Shown here piece by piece: positions 34,923-37,318 of a stretch of DNA of 37,318 nucleotides. Made by a program: the position numbers and the translations under genes. Source of the DNA: a virus (taxonomy: Duplodnaviria; Heunggongvirae; Uroviricota; Caudoviricetes); the IMG/VR virus record IMGVR_UViG_3300031853_000004, positions 1 through 37,318 of that record. One strand, written 5' to 3'. Numbering within the stretch: position 1 is the first letter of the stretch; every line of letters begins with the position of its first letter. The notes under the pieces are model-generated. The model was not told the origin of the DNA, searched no databases, and saw only the letters and a program-made list of their open reading frames with translations.

Positions 34923-36374
34923 TTAACCGAAGCTAATGTTATTTATAAGATTGACAATGTTCTCTTTTCCATTTACTAAATCAATATATTTAAATATTGA
35001 ATCATTTAAAGAAGTTAAGAACATAAAATTATCAGATGGAGGTTCGATCTGACCATCATAATTTGCTAAATCAAAACTGTATGTCATGATATTGCCATAT
35101 CTTTTATTCCAATTATAAATTGAATCAGTTCTAGATCCGGCATAATAGCTATTATAATTAGTCCAAAAAATTTGCATATCACTTATAACAAAAATTCTAT
35201 CATAAGTATCTTTCATTATTTCAATTGCAGATTGTATGTTAGTACCCCATCCACAATTACTATTACTACACATAGCATCAATGATACTAAAAGGATTATT
35301 TAATCTAGAAAAATTATTAAATCTTTTAGCGTCGGTACCAAATTTAATAAAATCTATATTTGAACCATTTAAGAATAACGCAGTCGCGAAACAAGCTCCA
35401 ATTTCTTTTAAAGTTATATTACTATTTGAACTAATATAATTTTCCATAGAACCAGATACATCAAGTACAATAGCATTAATACCATCAAATTTAGGGATAT
35501 TATAAGTTGCAATTCCAAAAGCTCTTCCAAGAGCCTCCTCAATTAAAAGATTATTAATCTTTAAATTTTTATGTGCAGTATAAATTCGATATGGAAAAAC
35601 TAATGATTTACGAATTTTATTTTCATTAATAAGTTGAGGATAAAGATATTCCCCAATCCATTCATTGTCAATATTTGGATTATCAAGAATATTATTTAAA
35701 TTGCGGAGAAGCGCCATGTATCCAAGTTTACCTTCTTCAACCATTTCCTTCCAGGTTGCTTGACGTGATTCCTTAGACTGTTTCTTTGCAACACTAACCT
35801 CCCAAGTATCTGGAGCTTTAAGAAGGTTATTCTTAAAATCATTAATAACTTTTGAATTTGCATGTGTAAGATTAATTAAATCATACATATTATACGTATG
35901 ACCAATCATTTTATATTTAGTAATTTCATACTGTCCAAGAGAAGAAAGATAATTAGCAGAACCTTTAATTAAAGCATGAGATCTCTTTCCATCAAGATAT
36001 TTAACAGCACCAAAGATTTCTGAAACATCATCAGGACGCCGCATAAAACTACGATAAAATTCTCTTTTCTCTTGGAAAGATTTATCATTAAGCCATGCGG
36101 CGATTAGTTGTGAGACAGACCGCATTCCAAGTTCATTACGAGCAAAAATTGCGGCTTTGCCTACAAATGCATAATCATATTGGTCAGCAACAGCTTCTGT
36201 CAGATTTAAAAGTCTATCAATTTGATCTGAAGACTTTTCGTAATATTGATTTTCTAAGAAAGATGAAAAAAGCATATTAAACCAAGCTTCTACAGTATTT
36301 CTTTTATAAAGGATAGTTCCTTCATATGATTGCACTCGTTCTTGAACTTTCTTTTCATTAAACTTTGCCATCAC
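34923..36374 (-). CDS. rsr: Ro60 / TROVE-vWA RNA-binding protein (Rsr-like)
   Basis: TROVE features (FLENQYYE, AIFARNELGMRS, RRPDD, ITKY, LTH, PDTWE, GYMALLRNL, PYR) followed by a vWA MIDAS LDVSGSM, T and FVISDMQ. Confidence 0.9.
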   Translation of the reverse strand: MMAKFNEKKVQERVQSYEGTILYKRNTVEAWFNMLFSSFLENQYYEKSSDQIDRLLNLTEAVADQYDYAFVGKAAIFARNELGMRSVSQLIAAWLNDKSFQEKREFYRSFMRRPDDVSEIFGAVKYLDGKRSHALIKGSANYLSSLGQYEITKYKMIGHTYNMYDLINLTHANSKVINDFKNNLLKAPDTWEVSVAKKQSKESRQATWKEMVEEGKLGYMALLRNLNNILDNPNIDNEWIGEYLYPQLINENKIRKSLVFPYRIYTAHKNLKINNLLIEEALGRAFGIATYNIPKFDGINAIVLDVSGSMENYISSNSNITLKEIGACFATALFLNGSNIDFIKFGTDAKRFNNFSRLNNPFSIIDAMCSNSNCGWGTNIQSAIEIMKDTYDRIFVISDMQIFWTNYNSYYAGSRTDSIYNWNKRYGNIMTYSFDLANYDGQIEPPSDNFMFLTSLNDSIFKYIDLVNGKENIVNLINNISFG

Positions 36375-36394
36375 AACATCCTTTCTGTTGGAAA

Positions 36395-36652
36395 TTAAAT
36401 TCTTGTATATGCAACAATTTCGTAATTATCTTCATTAATTTTATACATTTGAACATACCCACCATCAAAATATTCAATAACTGAAATATAGCTATTATAG
36501 ATTTTTTCTGCATATTCAAATGTATTAATAGGATCAGAGTAAAAACGTGTGCCGCTATCAGTGTGAGCAGCTATAAAATAAAAACCTTCTATATCTTTAT
36601 ATTGATGAGTTAGTGCAAGATCAGTTTGTGCTTTAATATTTTCAGCAATCAT
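36395..36652 (-). CDS. Hypothetical protein
   Basis: Track ORF; AAGGAG RBS; upstream of and probably co-transcribed with Ro60. Confidence 0.65.
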   Translation of the reverse strand: MIAENIKAQTDLALTHQYKDIEGFYFIAAHTDSGTRFYSDPINTFEYAEKIYNSYISVIEYFDGGYVQMYKINEDNYEIVAYTRI

Positions 36653-36968
36653 CTTTTATCTCCTTAGCTGGAATTACTTTACTCTTACTATTATAAAAAT
36701 TTTTTATTGGTTTGTCAAATATATTTTTTTCTAAAAATTGAATAATTTCTGAATATTGTTCATTAACTAAATCTTGATTTTTCATGATTTGCCAAAAAGG
36801 TACTATTTCATTGATATAATGATAATATTTTTCAAAATCATCTATTAAAATGTCTCTTGAACATCCTTGTTTAGATGAATCATTTATGTATCCAAGGTAC
36901 TTTCAAAAAAGGCAATTTGTACTATCACAATCATGACAATAAAATCTTACATTAACCTTTTCGCACAT
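36633..36968 (-). CDS. Possible Cys-containing hypothetical protein with in-frame TGA
   Basis: MCEKVNVRFYCHDCDSTNCLF*KYLG...; fills an otherwise empty gap but overlaps its neighbours. Confidence 0.35.
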
Positions 36969-37167
36969 CGAATTCTAAAAGTCCTAATATAATATTGTCT
37001 TGAATTTCAGGCTTATTTAAAATTTCTAGAGCATCTTCTCTTGTTGCATAGGCCATAGCATCTTTAAGTTTATTTACTCTAACTCCATTATGGTCTAACG
37101 CTCTAAAAGTTTTATCATATTTATTATTGAAGCCAGTTCTTCTGCCATAGATAATATAAACTGCCAT
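36952..37167 (-). CDS. Hypothetical protein
   Basis: Track ORF; AAGGAG RBS. Confidence 0.7.
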   Translation of the reverse strand: MAVYIIYGRRTGFNNKYDKTFRALDHNGVRVNKLKDAMAYATREDALEILNKPEIQDNIILGLLEFDVRKG

Positions 37168-37318
37168 TTTAATACTCCTTTAAACGTTCAATCTCCTTTC
37201 CAAAATAAAGTACAGGAGAATAAGTTTCAATTTCTGTGAAAAAATAAATATCATGTCGTCCTGATATATCACTAGTTGATTTTAACATATTATCAAATAC
37301 TAAAATTCTTTTAGTTTC

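Noticed and set aside
2950-36280. Plus-strand track ORFs (e.g. 2950..3411, 3466..3945, 10156..10659, 16343..16699, 20104..20406) and nested minus-strand ORFs 6925..7296 and 11668..11961
   Set aside because: They are shadows of well-supported overlapping genes, with no RBS or recognisable motifs and implausible composition.

Overview
AT-rich segment of a large bacteriophage genome infecting a walled, probably Gram-positive host. Essentially all credible genes and RNAs lie on the minus strand. Left to right on the + strand: (1) an RHH/CopG-like gene, a putative Rep-like gene and five 15-bp iteron-like repeats; (2) about 20 kb of accessory genes behind many sigma70-type promoters, including two metallophosphoesterases, a nicotinamidase, an Rnl2-type RNA ligase, a PurA-like/vWA module, a RuvC-like resolvase, an Rnl1 ligase + kinase/HD + RlaP-like RNA-repair cluster, a deaminase and a TrmH-type methyltransferase; (3) two endolysins (CHAP, GH25) and a large membrane-anchored surface protein; (4) a ~5.5 kb RNA island with tRNA-Thr, -Met, -Pro, -Gly, an unusual long-variable-arm tRNA with anticodon UCA, an HNH endonuclease, a ROOL-like large ncRNA, a ~1 kb end-paired ncRNA and five related hairpin RNAs; (5) hypothetical genes and a Ro60/TROVE-vWA gene. 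Two main results. First, TGA is read as Trp: in-frame TGAs fall at motif Trp positions in both lysins, the resolvase and the HNH, while most accessory genes use only TGG. The supplied code-11 ORF track therefore truncates or misses several genes. Second, the five hairpin RNAs share one scaffold but carry different cargo, including a permuted tRNA mimic and a tRNA-Lys(CUU) cloverleaf. With the Ro60 gene and three RNA-healing enzymes they suggest a phage Ro60/Y-RNA tRNA-decoy and repair system. Family assignments come from motif recognition by eye; no database search was run.
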